From positions 896,001 to 960,000 of the forward strand of contig CAVSLV010000001.1 of the NCBI GenBank assembly GCA_963728915.1: a stretch of 64,000 nucleotides of DNA, read 5' to 3'. Shown here in pieces: positions 1 to 9,923 of the stretch; positions within the stretch are counted from its first letter, which is position 1; every line of letters starts with the position of its first letter. The notes under the pieces are model-generated. The model ran no database searches and was not told where the DNA came from. It worked only from the letters and a program-made list of their open reading frames with translations. Origin of the DNA: an uncultured Gemmatimonadales bacterium. Its GTDB lineage: Bacteria; Gemmatimonadota; Gemmatimonadetes; Gemmatimonadales; GWC2-71-9. The position numbers were made by a program, and so were the translations under genes.

Positions 1-245
1 TAACCCAGCCGGGAACCCCACCCGGCCAGCATCCGGCGCCACGACTCGACCAGCAGGGCATAGGTCAGGAGCACAAGGACGAGACTGAGCACCACCAGCG
101 GGACCGAGAGCCGCCACACGACCGGCTCGGCGCGGATGTTCTCCCAGTTGCGAACCAGGTGACGGATGACGAATCCGATGATCGCGATTCCCGCGATCGC
201 CTGCATCCACCGCCACCACCGGCTATCGAGCCAGGGCCTCGGCAT
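1..245 (-). CDS. Lysylphosphatidylglycerol-synthase TM / flippase-like membrane protein, N-terminal part (runs off window)
   Basis: Not in the ORF track. Manual translation from ATG 245 gives MPRPWLDSRWWRWMQAIAGIAIIGFVIRHLVRNWENIRAEPVVWRLSVPLVVLSLVLVLLTYALLVESWRRML, i.e. TM helices plus the W-R-x-x-L pattern, downstream of glycosyltransferases. Confidence 0.65.
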   Translation of the reverse strand, partial: MPRPWLDSRWWRWMQAIAGIAIIGFVIRHLVRNWENIRAEPVVWRLSVPLVVLSLVLVLLTYALLVESWRRMLAGWGSRLG

Positions 246-1378
246 ACCATCCTTCGAATCGTTGGGCCACCGGATCGGGAGCCAACTCCTCCCTCCAGCG
301 GGTCCCCGCAGTGCGGGCCCGTTCCCGTGCAGTCGGCCGATTCCGCACTCCGAATGGCCTCGGCCAGTCCCTGCGCGGTTGGGTCCGCGATCAGACCGCC
401 CCCGAAACGCTCCAGGGCGGACACGATCCCGCCTCCATCGGTACAGGCCACCACTGGAATTCCCATCATCAACGCTTCGATCGCCGCGAGTCCGAAGCCC
501 TCCTGTTCCGCCGGAAAGAGCAGGACGTCGGCCGTCTCGAGTTGGGCGATCACCTCGGGGCGGGAGCGAGACCCGAGCAAGCGAACTTCGATGCCCGGAT
601 TGCCGGCGCTCTCCCGTTCCAGCGCGCGGCGCTCGGGGCCGTCCCCGATGATGGTGAGGGGCCGCCGGAGGCCGCCGGCCGCGAGCGCGCTGGCCGCCTG
701 AATCGCCAGGTGAACTCGCTTCTGCCCGGTCAGCCGCCCGACCAGCAGAAGCCCCCCACCTCCCCTGCTCCATGGCCATCCCGCCGTTTCGACCGGCATC
801 GGTTGGACGTGTCCGGTCACACCGGTCCGGCCCGAGATCCCTTCCGCAGTCCGGGCCAGCTCGGGGGACACCGCGGTCACCACGGCCGCGCGACGGAGCA
901 CCCGGGCGCCGAGCCAGCGGGTTATGGGGTTTCGAATGAGGATCCGGCCGTCGGTCCCGTGCAGCGTCACCACGCCGGGCAGCTCCGGAGGCGAGGCCAG
1001 GCCGGCGGGGAGCCACCAATGGGCATGGACCACGACGGGCGGTCGGGCAGACGGGCCGAGGGGCAGAAGCTCCGCGCGAACGCCGGCTCGCATGGCCCGG
1101 AGCAGGCCCCAAAGCGCGAGCCACCCGGCCGGCGATCGCATCGCCTGCTGCATCCTCCCGGTATACGCCAGCGTCTCCGCGCCGGGCGAGGCGTAGCGAA
1201 CCCGCCGGACCGGAATCCCGTCCAGCAGGTCCCGCCCTCCCTTGCCGCGGTCGGCCGGCGCCACGACGCGGACATCGTGGCCGCGGCGCTGGAGCGCCTG
1301 GGCCAGCGGATGGAGAAACGACCCAGGCAGGTCGCCCGGGAAACGGGGATAGTTATGGGTGAGGAAAACGACAATCAC
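223..1378 (-). CDS. Glycosyltransferase family 4 with an apparent one-base insertion near 333-339
   Basis: GTG start overlaps the upstream stop (GTGA). Motifs THNYPR, HAHWW, VGRLxxxK and EGFGLAAIEA are present. The natural C-terminus (TARERARTAGTRWREELAPDPVAQRFEGWYAEALAR*) lies in another frame ending at TAG 223-225. Confidence 0.8.
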
Positions 1379-2355
1379 GCCCGCTGGTCGACTTTGCGAG
1401 CCAGCTCGCGCATCTCTTCCCGGAATCCGGCAATGAGCTCGCCGACGAATCCGAAACCGAACAGCGCGATGCCGCTGATCACCATGGTCTCCACGAGATT
1501 GAGGAACGGGCGGAACCCGATCCCGAATCCGAACCGGAGCACCAGAGCGACGATGCCCGCCAGCAGTCCGACCGTGAACAGGACCGCGCCAAGCAGGCCG
1601 AAAAAGAGCATCGGCTTGCGGCCGAACTTGAGCTGAAACCAGACCGACACGAGATCGAGGACCCCGACCGGGATGCGGCGCCAGGAGAACTTCGAAACAC
1701 CGGCGTGGCGGGGATAGACCGGAACCGGATGGGAAGTCAGGCGCCATCCATCGGCCGCTGCGATCACCACCATATAGCGATGCCACTCCGGCCGAAGCGG
1801 GGCACCCTGGAGCACATCGCGCCGCCAGGCTTTCACCGAATTCAGGTCTTCCACCTGGACCCCGAACAACCGTCGGCAGAGCCGGTTGTAGATCCCGCTG
1901 ACGAAAGCCTTCTCGTACTTGCCCTGCTTGGTGCCGGTCACGATGTCGGCCTGATCGGCCAGAATCGGGGCCACCAGCCCCGGGATGTCGGAGGGGAGGT
2001 ACTGGAGATCGGCGGGATAGAAGACCAGGACCGACCCGGTCGCGATGTCCGCCCCGGTGGCCAGGGCATCGGCGATGCCCCTGCCCCGCCGATGACTGGC
2101 ACTCTTCAGAAACGGATGCTGCCGCTCGAGCTCCGCGAGAACGGAGGCGGTGGCGTCGCGCGATCCATCGTCCACCACCACGACCTCGAACGTGAATGGC
2201 GCGGGCGTCAGCGCCTCGCCGCAGAGCTGGATGAATCGGGGCAGATTCTCGGCTTCATCCCGCGCAGGCACCAGGATGCTGACTTGGGGAGCAGCTCCCA
2301 CCTGCATCAGTTCCTGTCCGCCGGTCCGCCGGTCCGCCGGTCCGCCTGAGCTCAT
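1375..2355 (-). CDS. Glycosyltransferase family 2 (polyprenol-phosphate glycosyltransferase-like)
   Basis: SILVPARDE and VVDDGSRD motifs, two C-terminal TM helices. Start is ATG 2355 (ATGA overlap with rpoN) or ATG 2307. Confidence 0.85.
   Translation of the reverse strand: MSSGGPADRRTGGQELMQVGAAPQVSILVPARDEAENLPRFIQLCGEALTPAPFTFEVVVVDDGSRDATASVLAELERQHPFLKSASHRRGRGIADALATGADIATGSVLVFYPADLQYLPSDIPGLVAPILADQADIVTGTKQGKYEKAFVSGIYNRLCRRLFGVQVEDLNSVKAWRRDVLQGAPLRPEWHRYMVVIAAADGWRLTSHPVPVYPRHAGVSKFSWRRIPVGVLDLVSVWFQLKFGRKPMLFFGLLGAVLFTVGLLAGIVALVLRFGFGIGFRPFLNLVETMVISGIALFGFGFVGELIAGFREEMRELARKVDQRA
2313..2348 (-). repeat. Octamer tandem array GGCGGAC(C/A), about 4.5 units
   Basis: Plus strand reads cctgtccg ccggtccg ccggtccg ccggtccg cctg. 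Confidence 0.9.
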
Positions 2356-3977
2356 ACCCGCTTGCGCATCCGGGCCGGGAGAATGCCGAGCTGATCCCGG
2401 TATTTCGCCACGGTCCGGCGGGCAATCTGAATCCCCTGCTCCTGGAAGAGATGAACGATCTGCTGATCGGTGAGCGGTTTTCCGGGATCCTCCTCCTGCA
2501 CCATCTTCTGGAGCTTGGCCCGGATCGACCGCGCGCTGGCATCCTCCCCCGAGGCCGTGGTGAGCGCGCTCGAGAAGAAGAATTTGAGGGGAAGAACGCC
2601 GCGAGGGGTCTGCACGTACTTCTCGTTGGTCACTCGGCTCACGGTCGATTCATGCATGCTGATGACTTCCGCGACCTCCCGCAAGGTCAGCGGCTTCAGG
2701 TACTCGACTCCCTTCTCGAAGAAGGCCCGCTGCCGGTCCACGATGAAGTTCATCACCTTGAGCATGGTCTGGCGGCGCTGTTCGATCGCCTGGATCATCC
2801 AGTTCGCGCTGTTCAGCTTGCTGGCGATGAATTCCCGGTTTTCCGGGGTGAGCTTCTTCTTGTCGCGGGCGATCTCCTGATAGCTCCGGCTCAATCGAAG
2901 CCTTGGCACGCCCGAATCGTTCAAGCTGACGTGATACTTCCCATCCACCTTCTCCACGATCAGATCCGGGATGATGTAGCCGTCACTCCGGTTGGCGTAC
3001 TTGAGCCCCGGCTTGGGATCGAATCGGGAGAGGCTGTCCCCCGCCGCCTGCACCTGGGCCGGCTCCACCCCGAACCGCTTGGCCAGCTCGTTCCAGCGAT
3101 GGGCAATGAGATCGGGAAACGCCTCCGAAACGAGGCGGTACGCCAGCGACTCGGTGTCGGCGCTCTCCCGTAATTGCAGCAGGAGACACTCCCGCAGGTC
3201 CCTGGCGCCGATCCCAGGAGGGTCGAGCTTCTGGACCACGCCAAGCATCCCCTCGACCTCTTCGGGGCTGTAGTAGGGAACCCCGGGAACGCCTCCTTTG
3301 GGCTCCGGGTGGGGAGCTTCCGGGATATCGGATTCGGGGTCGTTCGATCCGGATTCGGGCAGCCCGATCCAGGTGGCATCGGGAGAAAGCCCGGCAAGAG
3401 CCGCCTGAGTCGGTTGTTCCGTCTCCTGCATTTCCGGCGCCTCCTCGCCTTCCTCTTCCTCGCCGCCGGGGAGGCGGTTTTCCAGGAGCAGGTTCACCGA
3501 GTTGCGGATTTCTTCCAGACTCGCGCTCAGGTACCCTTCATCGGTGATGTTCCCTATGAATTCCTCGCCGAGGAGCTGCTCGCGAGGACTCAGGTGCATC
3601 ATCTGGAGCTGTTCCCGAAGATGGTCCGAGAGGTCGTGGCGCTGGACCGAGACCGGCTCGAGGTACTCCTGCTCCTCGTATTGCTGGCGTGAGCCACCGG
3701 CATCGAACCCGTTGAGCAGGATCTCTTCCCAATCGATCTCCTCTTCCTTCTCCTGCTTCTCTTTTTCCTTCTCTTTTTCCTTCTCCTGAGTCTCCTGCTC
3801 CCGATCCTCTTCTTCGGGTTCCAGAAGCTCGAGGAACGGGTTCACCAGGAGCTCCTGTTTGAGGTGCTGCTGGAGATCCATCATCGGCATGTACAGCATG
3901 TCCATGGCCTGGTACAGCCGTGGATTGATCCGCTGCTCCTGCCGGAGCCCGGTCTGCTGGGTGAGTCCGGTTCTCAT
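2352..3977 (-). CDS. rpoN: RNA polymerase sigma-54 factor
   Basis: Q/L-rich region I, HESTVSR HTH and the RpoN box ARRTVAKYR. Confidence 0.97.
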   Translation of the reverse strand: MRTGLTQQTGLRQEQRINPRLYQAMDMLYMPMMDLQQHLKQELLVNPFLELLEPEEEDREQETQEKEKEKEKEKQEKEEEIDWEEILLNGFDAGGSRQQYEEQEYLEPVSVQRHDLSDHLREQLQMMHLSPREQLLGEEFIGNITDEGYLSASLEEIRNSVNLLLENRLPGGEEEEGEEAPEMQETEQPTQAALAGLSPDATWIGLPESGSNDPESDIPEAPHPEPKGGVPGVPYYSPEEVEGMLGVVQKLDPPGIGARDLRECLLLQLRESADTESLAYRLVSEAFPDLIAHRWNELAKRFGVEPAQVQAAGDSLSRFDPKPGLKYANRSDGYIIPDLIVEKVDGKYHVSLNDSGVPRLRLSRSYQEIARDKKKLTPENREFIASKLNSANWMIQAIEQRRQTMLKVMNFIVDRQRAFFEKGVEYLKPLTLREVAEVISMHESTVSRVTNEKYVQTPRGVLPLKFFFSSALTTASGEDASARSIRAKLQKMVQEEDPGKPLTDQQIVHLFQEQGIQIARRTVAKYRDQLGILPARMRKRV

Positions 3978-4750
3978 GGGACCGGCTCCATCCGTTGGCG
4001 AAGCCGAGCGGTCATGGTGGGCCCGAGATAGAGCTCGGCGACCTGCTCGTTGTAGACCAGCTCACGGACTGAGCCCGCGGCGCGAACTTCACCCTCGTAC
4101 ATGATGTAGGCCCGGTCGACCACCTCGAACATGTGCTCGACGCTGTGGTCGGTGATGAGGACCCCGATCCCTCGATGCCGGAGACCCGCCACGATGGTCT
4201 GGATGTCGTGCACCGCTATAGGGTCCACCCCGGCAAAAGGCTCGTCGAGAAGCATGAACTTGGGTTCGGTCCCCAGGGCCCGGGTAATCTCGAGTCGCCG
4301 CCGCTCCCCCCCGGAGAGGGAGTAGGCCTTGGCGCCGCGCAGGTGCTTGATCCCCAGCTCATCGAGCAGGAGCTCGAGCCGGTCGCGTCGCTCCGAGCGG
4401 GACAGCGGAAGGGTTTCGAGAATCGCGAGCACGTTGTTCTCGACGGTCATCCGGCGGAACACCGAAGGTTCCTGCGCGAGGTAGCCGATGCCCGCCCGCG
4501 CCCGGCGATACATCGGATCCTTGGTGATATCCCGTCCGTCCAGCTCGATCCGGCCGGCGTCGGGCCGGATCAGCCCGGTGATCAGATAGAACGTGGTCGT
4601 CTTGCCGGCGCCGTTGGGACCCAGCAGCCCGACGATTTCTCCCTGCGAAAGCTCGAGCGCGACGTCCTTCACCACCATGCGCCGCTTGAAGGACTTGTGC
4701 AGTCCCGTGGCGCGCAGCCGCCCTGGCCCGGAGCCATTCCCGGCGGCCAT
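3974..4750 (-). CDS. lptB: LPS export ABC transporter ATP-binding protein
   Basis: GPNGAGKTT, LSGGERRR, LLDEPFAGVDP. ATG 4750; lpt-rpoN context. Confidence 0.95.
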   Translation of the reverse strand: MAAGNGSGPGRLRATGLHKSFKRRMVVKDVALELSQGEIVGLLGPNGAGKTTTFYLITGLIRPDAGRIELDGRDITKDPMYRRARAGIGYLAQEPSVFRRMTVENNVLAILETLPLSRSERRDRLELLLDELGIKHLRGAKAYSLSGGERRRLEITRALGTEPKFMLLDEPFAGVDPIAVHDIQTIVAGLRHRGIGVLITDHSVEHMFEVVDRAYIMYEGEVRAAGSVRELVYNEQVAELYLGPTMTARLRQRMEPVP

Positions 4751-6090
4751 CAGGGACGTTTCGGGGTGGGCCGGATTCGGAGCGAATCCGGAAGCCCGGC
4801 AGAGGGTTCGAGCTGCACTCCATACACGTTGCCCACCATCTGGACCCGATCGACTTTCACCGAGTCCCCGGGGGCCATCGTGAGAACGATCCGGTCGGCC
4901 TTGGAGTAATTGAGCGAGGGTAGCCCGCCCGGAACGTTGGGATCCGCCACCCGGTAGAACGCCGCGGCGGACTGGCGCGCCTCGAGCCGCTGGATCGCCG
5001 CTTTCTTCTGCCCGGCCTGGTCCCCGGACAACGTGACGAATTCGGCGCGAATGCTGTCGCCCGCGAGCCAGTCGCGCTCGCCTTTCACCGTGTCGGGCCG
5101 GAACCCGACCCAGGCATTCCCGAAGCTCCGGAATTCCTTGAGGACCTCCTCCGGCGTGTCCACGGCGAGCGAATCTCCCTTGAGCTGGTAGTCGCTGGTG
5201 AGGGCCACCGGGGTTGGATCCTTGCCCCATGCGAGCGTTTGGATGACTCTTCGCGCCTCGAGCTGGAGCCGGATCATCCCCGCCTGAAGATCGAGGTCGC
5301 GGCTGGTCGCGGTGGCGCTGTCTCTCCCGGTGATCGAGGTCAGCTCGCGATTGACCATCGCCAGGTCGATCCTTCTCCCCCGCAGCGCAAAGCTGTCCTC
5401 GGCCATGCGCTCGATCGACGCATGGCCCAGCAGGATGCCGCTGCCCTCCTTGCCGGTGATGAGGCTCAGGGAATCGCTCCGGCCGCGCAGATCGCTGCGA
5501 TCGATGGTGACCTGGCCCCCTGCCCACATCAGCGTCTGGCCCTTGAGTCGCAGGTGATCCCCGTTGACGATGTACGGTTCGGTGGCCCCGCTGCTGTCGT
5601 TGACCGGCAGGGTGAGCTTGGGCCGCTGGTCGGCAAAGACTTCCTCGAGCTCCCGGACTCCACCGGCCTTCCGGTAATAGTCCACCGCGGGCCCTTCCAG
5701 CCGGGAACCGTCGCCGAGGTTCAAGTAGACCACGTGGCCGCGCGCTTCCCACTTCTCCTGCGCCTTGATGTAGGTGCCGAATTCGGCCGTGACTTTCGCG
5801 GTCTGGTCCTCATAGCGAAAATTCCCGATGAACTGCACCACGAGTCCCTGGTAGGACGCGATGCTGTCGGTCCACATCCGGACGCTCTGTCCCCGACACC
5901 GAAGCCGGATGTCTCCTCCCGCAAACAGGTTCTCGCTGGTGGGAGTCACCTGGGTTCGCACCGCCTGGCGTCCGACGTGAAGGACTTCCAGTCGGCAGGG
6001 CTGCTGGGCGAGGACCCTCGAGGTCCCCAGCAGGACCAGGAGCGGACCGGCCAGCATGAGCCTGCCCTGCCTGGCAGCCGCCGGTCTCAC
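4750..6090 (-). CDS. Long LptA/OstA-like periplasmic beta-rich protein
   Basis: Signal-peptide-like N-terminus and repeated beta-strand pattern (ARGHVVY, LLGHASI, MVGNVYG), located between lptC and lptB. Alternative start 6057. Confidence 0.7.
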   Translation of the reverse strand: MRPAAARQGRLMLAGPLLVLLGTSRVLAQQPCRLEVLHVGRQAVRTQVTPTSENLFAGGDIRLRCRGQSVRMWTDSIASYQGLVVQFIGNFRYEDQTAKVTAEFGTYIKAQEKWEARGHVVYLNLGDGSRLEGPAVDYYRKAGGVRELEEVFADQRPKLTLPVNDSSGATEPYIVNGDHLRLKGQTLMWAGGQVTIDRSDLRGRSDSLSLITGKEGSGILLGHASIERMAEDSFALRGRRIDLAMVNRELTSITGRDSATATSRDLDLQAGMIRLQLEARRVIQTLAWGKDPTPVALTSDYQLKGDSLAVDTPEEVLKEFRSFGNAWVGFRPDTVKGERDWLAGDSIRAEFVTLSGDQAGQKKAAIQRLEARQSAAAFYRVADPNVPGGLPSLNYSKADRIVLTMAPGDSVKVDRVQMVGNVYGVQLEPSAGLPDSLRIRPTPKRP

Positions 6091-6641
6091 CGTCCGGGCC
6101 CCGGCAACAGAATGCCCTTCCCTTTCTGGAAGCCCCGCGGCTCGTCGATCGAGAGGTTCCGGAACTCGATGTCGGAGCGGAACGATTTTCCGCTGCCCAC
6201 CTCGGATCCGGATTCATAGGTGAAGGTCGTGTCGCTCTCGACCCGGTTGGAAGTCTTGTCGTAAACCAGGTGCGTGGTCCGAAGCCGGCGGCCATCGGTC
6301 GTCACGACCTCGACGTTTCCCCGAGCATCGAGCTTTCCGCTCAGGGCGTAGTAGTAGGCTTGATCGGCGGTCAGGGTGCTCTTCTCGGTGCCCTTGTCCA
6401 GCATCCTGATCTTGAGGTGCCTCAAGTCCATGAGCTGCTGATTCTGGTAGAGATAGGCGGTATCGGCCTCCACATAGCTCTGCAGGACACCTTTGTTGGT
6501 GAGTTGGGTCACCATCCTGATCATGACCTGGTCCGCGGAGTCGGCCCGTTCCCCCCGGTCGGCAGGAGTGACGCCGGTCTCGGAGCAGGCGGCCGACCCG
6601 GCCAGCGACAGGAAGACCCCGAACCACGACACCCGGGTCAT
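6087..6641 (-). CDS. lptC: LPS export protein LptC
   Basis: N-terminal hydrophobic segment ending SAAC, plus STLTADQA and ARGNVEV; lpt context. ATG 6641 overlaps the kdsA stop. Confidence 0.85.
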   Translation of the reverse strand: MTRVSWFGVFLSLAGSAACSETGVTPADRGERADSADQVMIRMVTQLTNKGVLQSYVEADTAYLYQNQQLMDLRHLKIRMLDKGTEKSTLTADQAYYYALSGKLDARGNVEVVTTDGRRLRTTHLVYDKTSNRVESDTTFTYESGSEVGSGKSFRSDIEFRNLSIDEPRGFQKGKGILLPGPGR

Positions 6642-7453
6642 GAGACGTCCCCCCGGGCGGCGCGCCAGATCCGCATGGTCCGATCGAGCAACGGCTCCAG
6701 CGATTCCAGGGGCCACTGCGTCTCGCGGTCGCTCGGCGCGCGCGCGGGATCCGGATGGGTTTCCAGATAGAACCCATCCACCCCGGCCGCGGCCGCCGCG
6801 GCGAGCAAATCGGGAATCTCCCCACGATCGCCCCCGCTTGCGCCCTCGGGCCCTCGTCCGGGACGCTGCGCGGCATGGGTGGCATCGAAGATCACCGGCG
6901 CTCCCGTGGCGGCGCGGAGCCGGGCGAAATTGCGAACGTCCACGACCAGATCACCATACCCGAAAAAGGTTCCCCGTTCGGTCACCGCGATTTCGCCGCG
7001 CTCGCCGCCCTGGCGGACTTTTTCCACCGCTCCCTTCATCTCGGCGGCCGCCATCCACTGACCCTTTTTGAGATTCACCGGTTTACCGGTGCGACCGCAC
7101 GCGACCAGCAGGTCGGTTTGCCGGCAGAGAAAGGCCGGCACCTGAAGCACGTCGACCACCCGGGCGGCAATCCCTGCCTGGGCCGGCTCGTGGACATCGG
7201 TGAGCACCGGAAGCCCGGACTCCTTGCTGGCGCGCTCGAGCAGCGCGAGCCCGCGCTCGAGTCCGGGCCCCCGGGGCGCGCTGCCGCGGCTCCGATTGGC
7301 CTTGTCGAAGCTCGCCTTGAGACAGACCCGGACCCCAAGCCGGGCCCCGATCCCCGCCAGCACCTCGCCGACCCGGGAAAGCAGATCCCCCTCCTCGACG
7401 AGACACGGACCCGCCACGACAAAGGGTGGGTGGGCAAACGACCAGTCACTCAC
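6638..7453 (-). CDS. kdsA: KDO8P synthase
   Basis: [37 protein letters not shown] overlap with pyrG. Confidence 0.95.
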   Translation of the reverse strand: MSDWSFAHPPFVVAGPCLVEEGDLLSRVGEVLAGIGARLGVRVCLKASFDKANRSRGSAPRGPGLERGLALLERASKESGLPVLTDVHEPAQAGIAARVVDVLQVPAFLCRQTDLLVACGRTGKPVNLKKGQWMAAAEMKGAVEKVRQGGERGEIAVTERGTFFGYGDLVVDVRNFARLRAATGAPVIFDATHAAQRPGRGPEGASGGDRGEIPDLLAAAAAAGVDGFYLETHPDPARAPSDRETQWPLESLEPLLDRTMRIWRAARGDVS

Positions 7454-9120
7454 CGGCTCGCTTCGATCATTTGCCGTACCGCCGCGCTGGCGCGCCCGGT
7501 CGAGAGCTTCCCGTGCTGCTTGGCCGCCCCGATGAATGACGCGAACAGCGGATGGGGCCGCATCGGGCGGGATTTGAGCTCGGGATGGAACTGGCATCCC
7601 AGGAACCACGGATGGTCCGGGAGCTCGATGATTTCGACCAGGCTCCCATCGGGGGATTGTCCCGAGAGACGCAAGCCGTGCTCGGCGAGCACATCGCGGA
7701 ACGCATTGCTCACTTCCCAGCGATGGCGATGCCGCTCACTGATTTCGGTGCCCCCGTAGGCCCGGGCCGCGAGGCTGCCGGCGCGGAGCCGGGCCGGATA
7801 GGCGCCCAGCCGCATCGTCCCGCCCAGGTTGGTCACGTCGCGCTGCGACGCGAGCAACGAAATCACCGGGCTCTCGCATTCCGGCTCGAACTCGGTGCTG
7901 TTGGTTCCCTTGAGATTGCACACGTTGCGGCCGAATTCGATGATCGCCATCTGGAGCCCGAGGCAGATACCGAAGAACGGCAGGCCGTTTTCCCGCGCCC
8001 AGCGGACCGCTTCCACCATCCCGTCCACACCGCGAACGCCGAAGCCGCCAGGAACCAGGAGCCCGTGCTTGTCGGCCAGGAGGGCCGCAGCGGCTCCCTG
8101 ATCGGTGAACTGGTCACTGCCCAACCACTGAATGTCGACGCCCACGTCGTTGGGAATTCCCCCGTGCAGCAGGGCCTCCTGCACCGACTTGTAGGCATCG
8201 TGCAGGTCGGTGTACTTCCCCACCACCGCGATCCTGACCCGCTCGGCGGGGTTCAGGATCTTGGCAGTCATCAGTCGCCACGGCTCCAGGTCCGGATCCC
8301 GGGTTTCCAGCCGGAGTCGCTCGCATACCACCCGATCGAAACCCTGCTCCTGGAAACGGAGCGGAATCTCGTAGATGGAGGAGACGTCCGGCGATTCGAT
8401 CACGCATTCGAAGTCCACATTGCAGAACAGGGCGATTTTCCGCTTGATGTCGGCACTCAGGGTGTGATCGCTTCGGCACACCAGGATGTCCGGCTGGATC
8501 CCGATCTCCATCAGCTCCCGAACCGAGTGCTGGGTTGGCTTGGTCTTGAGCTCGCCCGCCGCCGCGATGAACGGCACCAGGGTCAGATGAATGAACAGGG
8601 CGTTGTCCCGGCCGACTTCCTGGCGGAACTGGCGGATCGCTTCGAGAAACGGCAAGGACTCGATGTCACCGACGGTTCCTCCCACCTCGATGATCACCGC
8701 ATCCTGCTCCGGGGCGATCCGGCGGATGGCGTGTTTGATCTCGTCGGTGATGTGAGGAACCACCTGGACCGTCGAGCCCAGATACTCGCCGCGTCGCTCC
8801 TTGTTGATGACGTTCTGGTAAACCCGGCCGGTGGTGACGTTGTTCTGCTGGGCCAGGGACCGCTCGATGAACCGCTCGTAGTGCCCCAGGTCGAGGTCGG
8901 TTTCGGCCCCGTCGTCGGTGACGTAGACCTCGCCGTGCTGAAACGGCGACATCGTCCCGGGATCGACGTTGATGTAGGGATCGAACTTGAGCATGGTGAC
9001 CGACAATCCCCGCTCGACCAGCAGCCGGCCCAGGGAGGCAGCCGCGATGCCCTTGCCGAGCGAGGAGACCACCCCGCCCGTCACGAAGATGTACTTGGTG
9101 TTTCCCGGCGTGGTGGTCAT
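7450..9120 (-). CDS. pyrG: CTP synthase
   Basis: [26 protein letters not shown]. Confidence 0.98.
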   Translation of the reverse strand: MTTTPGNTKYIFVTGGVVSSLGKGIAAASLGRLLVERGLSVTMLKFDPYINVDPGTMSPFQHGEVYVTDDGAETDLDLGHYERFIERSLAQQNNVTTGRVYQNVINKERRGEYLGSTVQVVPHITDEIKHAIRRIAPEQDAVIIEVGGTVGDIESLPFLEAIRQFRQEVGRDNALFIHLTLVPFIAAAGELKTKPTQHSVRELMEIGIQPDILVCRSDHTLSADIKRKIALFCNVDFECVIESPDVSSIYEIPLRFQEQGFDRVVCERLRLETRDPDLEPWRLMTAKILNPAERVRIAVVGKYTDLHDAYKSVQEALLHGGIPNDVGVDIQWLGSDQFTDQGAAAALLADKHGLLVPGGFGVRGVDGMVEAVRWARENGLPFFGICLGLQMAIIEFGRNVCNLKGTNSTEFEPECESPVISLLASQRDVTNLGGTMRLGAYPARLRAGSLAARAYGGTEISERHRHRWEVSNAFRDVLAEHGLRLSGQSPDGSLVEIIELPDHPWFLGCQFHPELKSRPMRPHPLFASFIGAAKQHGKLSTGRASAAVRQMIEASR

Positions 9121-9839
9121 CGAACGGCCTCGTGCATAAGGGTCCAGTGGGCGCGAGCCTTCACGAGATCGGCCGGCGTGTCGACCGATGGTCCCGAATC
9201 TTCCCCGAGGGTTGCCACTCCGATGGTGAGCCCAAGGGCGAGGGCCCGTAGCTGTTCGAGACCTTCGGCCCGTTCGGCGGCAACGGGAGCACTCCGACTC
9301 ATCCGACCGAGTGCTTCCCGGGTGTAGGCGTAGAGACCGAGGTGCCGCCAACTCTCCCCGGAGAGGGGAGCCCGGGAAAACGCCAGCGCTTCGCCGCGAG
9401 CCCCAATGCGCACCTTGACCCGGGAAGGATCCTCTCGCTCCAGAGGATCGAGTGGCACCGCCGCGGTGCCCACGTCGAAGCCCTGCCCCAGCATCGCCAG
9501 CGCCCCGGTCGCCGCGGACAACGGGACGAAGGGCGAGTCGCCCTGGGCGTTCACGATCGCGTCATAGGAATGAAACTCGGGGAGTCCGATGACTTCGTGA
9601 ATTCGGTCGGCACCACTCGGATGGCCGGGAGACGTGCGCACCGATTCGAACCCAGCGTCCCGAACCGCGGCGTCGATCTCCGGAGCGTCGCTGGCGACGA
9701 TCAGGCGATCGGCGATTCCGAACGATTGGAGGCGTTCCGCTACGCGAACAACGAGGGGGACTCCACCCAGGGGCTGCAAGAGCTTTCGCGGCAGCCGCGT
9801 CGAACCCAGCCGTGCAGGAATGACGACGAGGACGGGCAT
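9117..9839 (-). CDS. kdsB: CMP-KDO synthetase
   Basis: [36 protein letters not shown]. Confidence 0.93.
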   Translation of the reverse strand: MPVLVVIPARLGSTRLPRKLLQPLGGVPLVVRVAERLQSFGIADRLIVASDAPEIDAAVRDAGFESVRTSPGHPSGADRIHEVIGLPEFHSYDAIVNAQGDSPFVPLSAATGALAMLGQGFDVGTAAVPLDPLEREDPSRVKVRIGARGEALAFSRAPLSGESWRHLGLYAYTREALGRMSRSAPVAAERAEGLEQLRALALGLTIGVATLGEDSGPSVDTPADLVKARAHWTLMHEAVR

Positions 9840-9844
9840 TTCAC

Positions 9845-9873
9845 AAGGTAAAAGCGCGGTGGGGCCAAGTCAA
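9845..9873 (-). promoter_or_regulatory. Sigma70-type promoter, probably leaderless, for kdsB-pyrG-kdsA-lpt
   Basis: TTGACT-N17-TACCTT, with 5 nt to the ATG. Confidence 0.6.
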
Positions 9874-9894
9874 AAGTCATGCCGCCACCGCGCT
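9849..9894 (-). terminator. Putative intrinsic terminator overlapping the kdsB promoter
   Basis: 10-bp perfect inverted repeat AGCGCGGTGG/CCACCGCGCT (9853-9862, 9885-9894), ending in a TTTT run on the minus strand. Confidence 0.5.
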
Positions 9895-9923
9895 ATCTGT
9901 CTAAGAATTGGCCGTACAAAGGC

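Noticed and set aside
3735..3815. TTCCTTCTC-like repeats in rpoN
   Set aside because: Glu/Lys-rich acidic region II coding sequence, expected in sigma-54.
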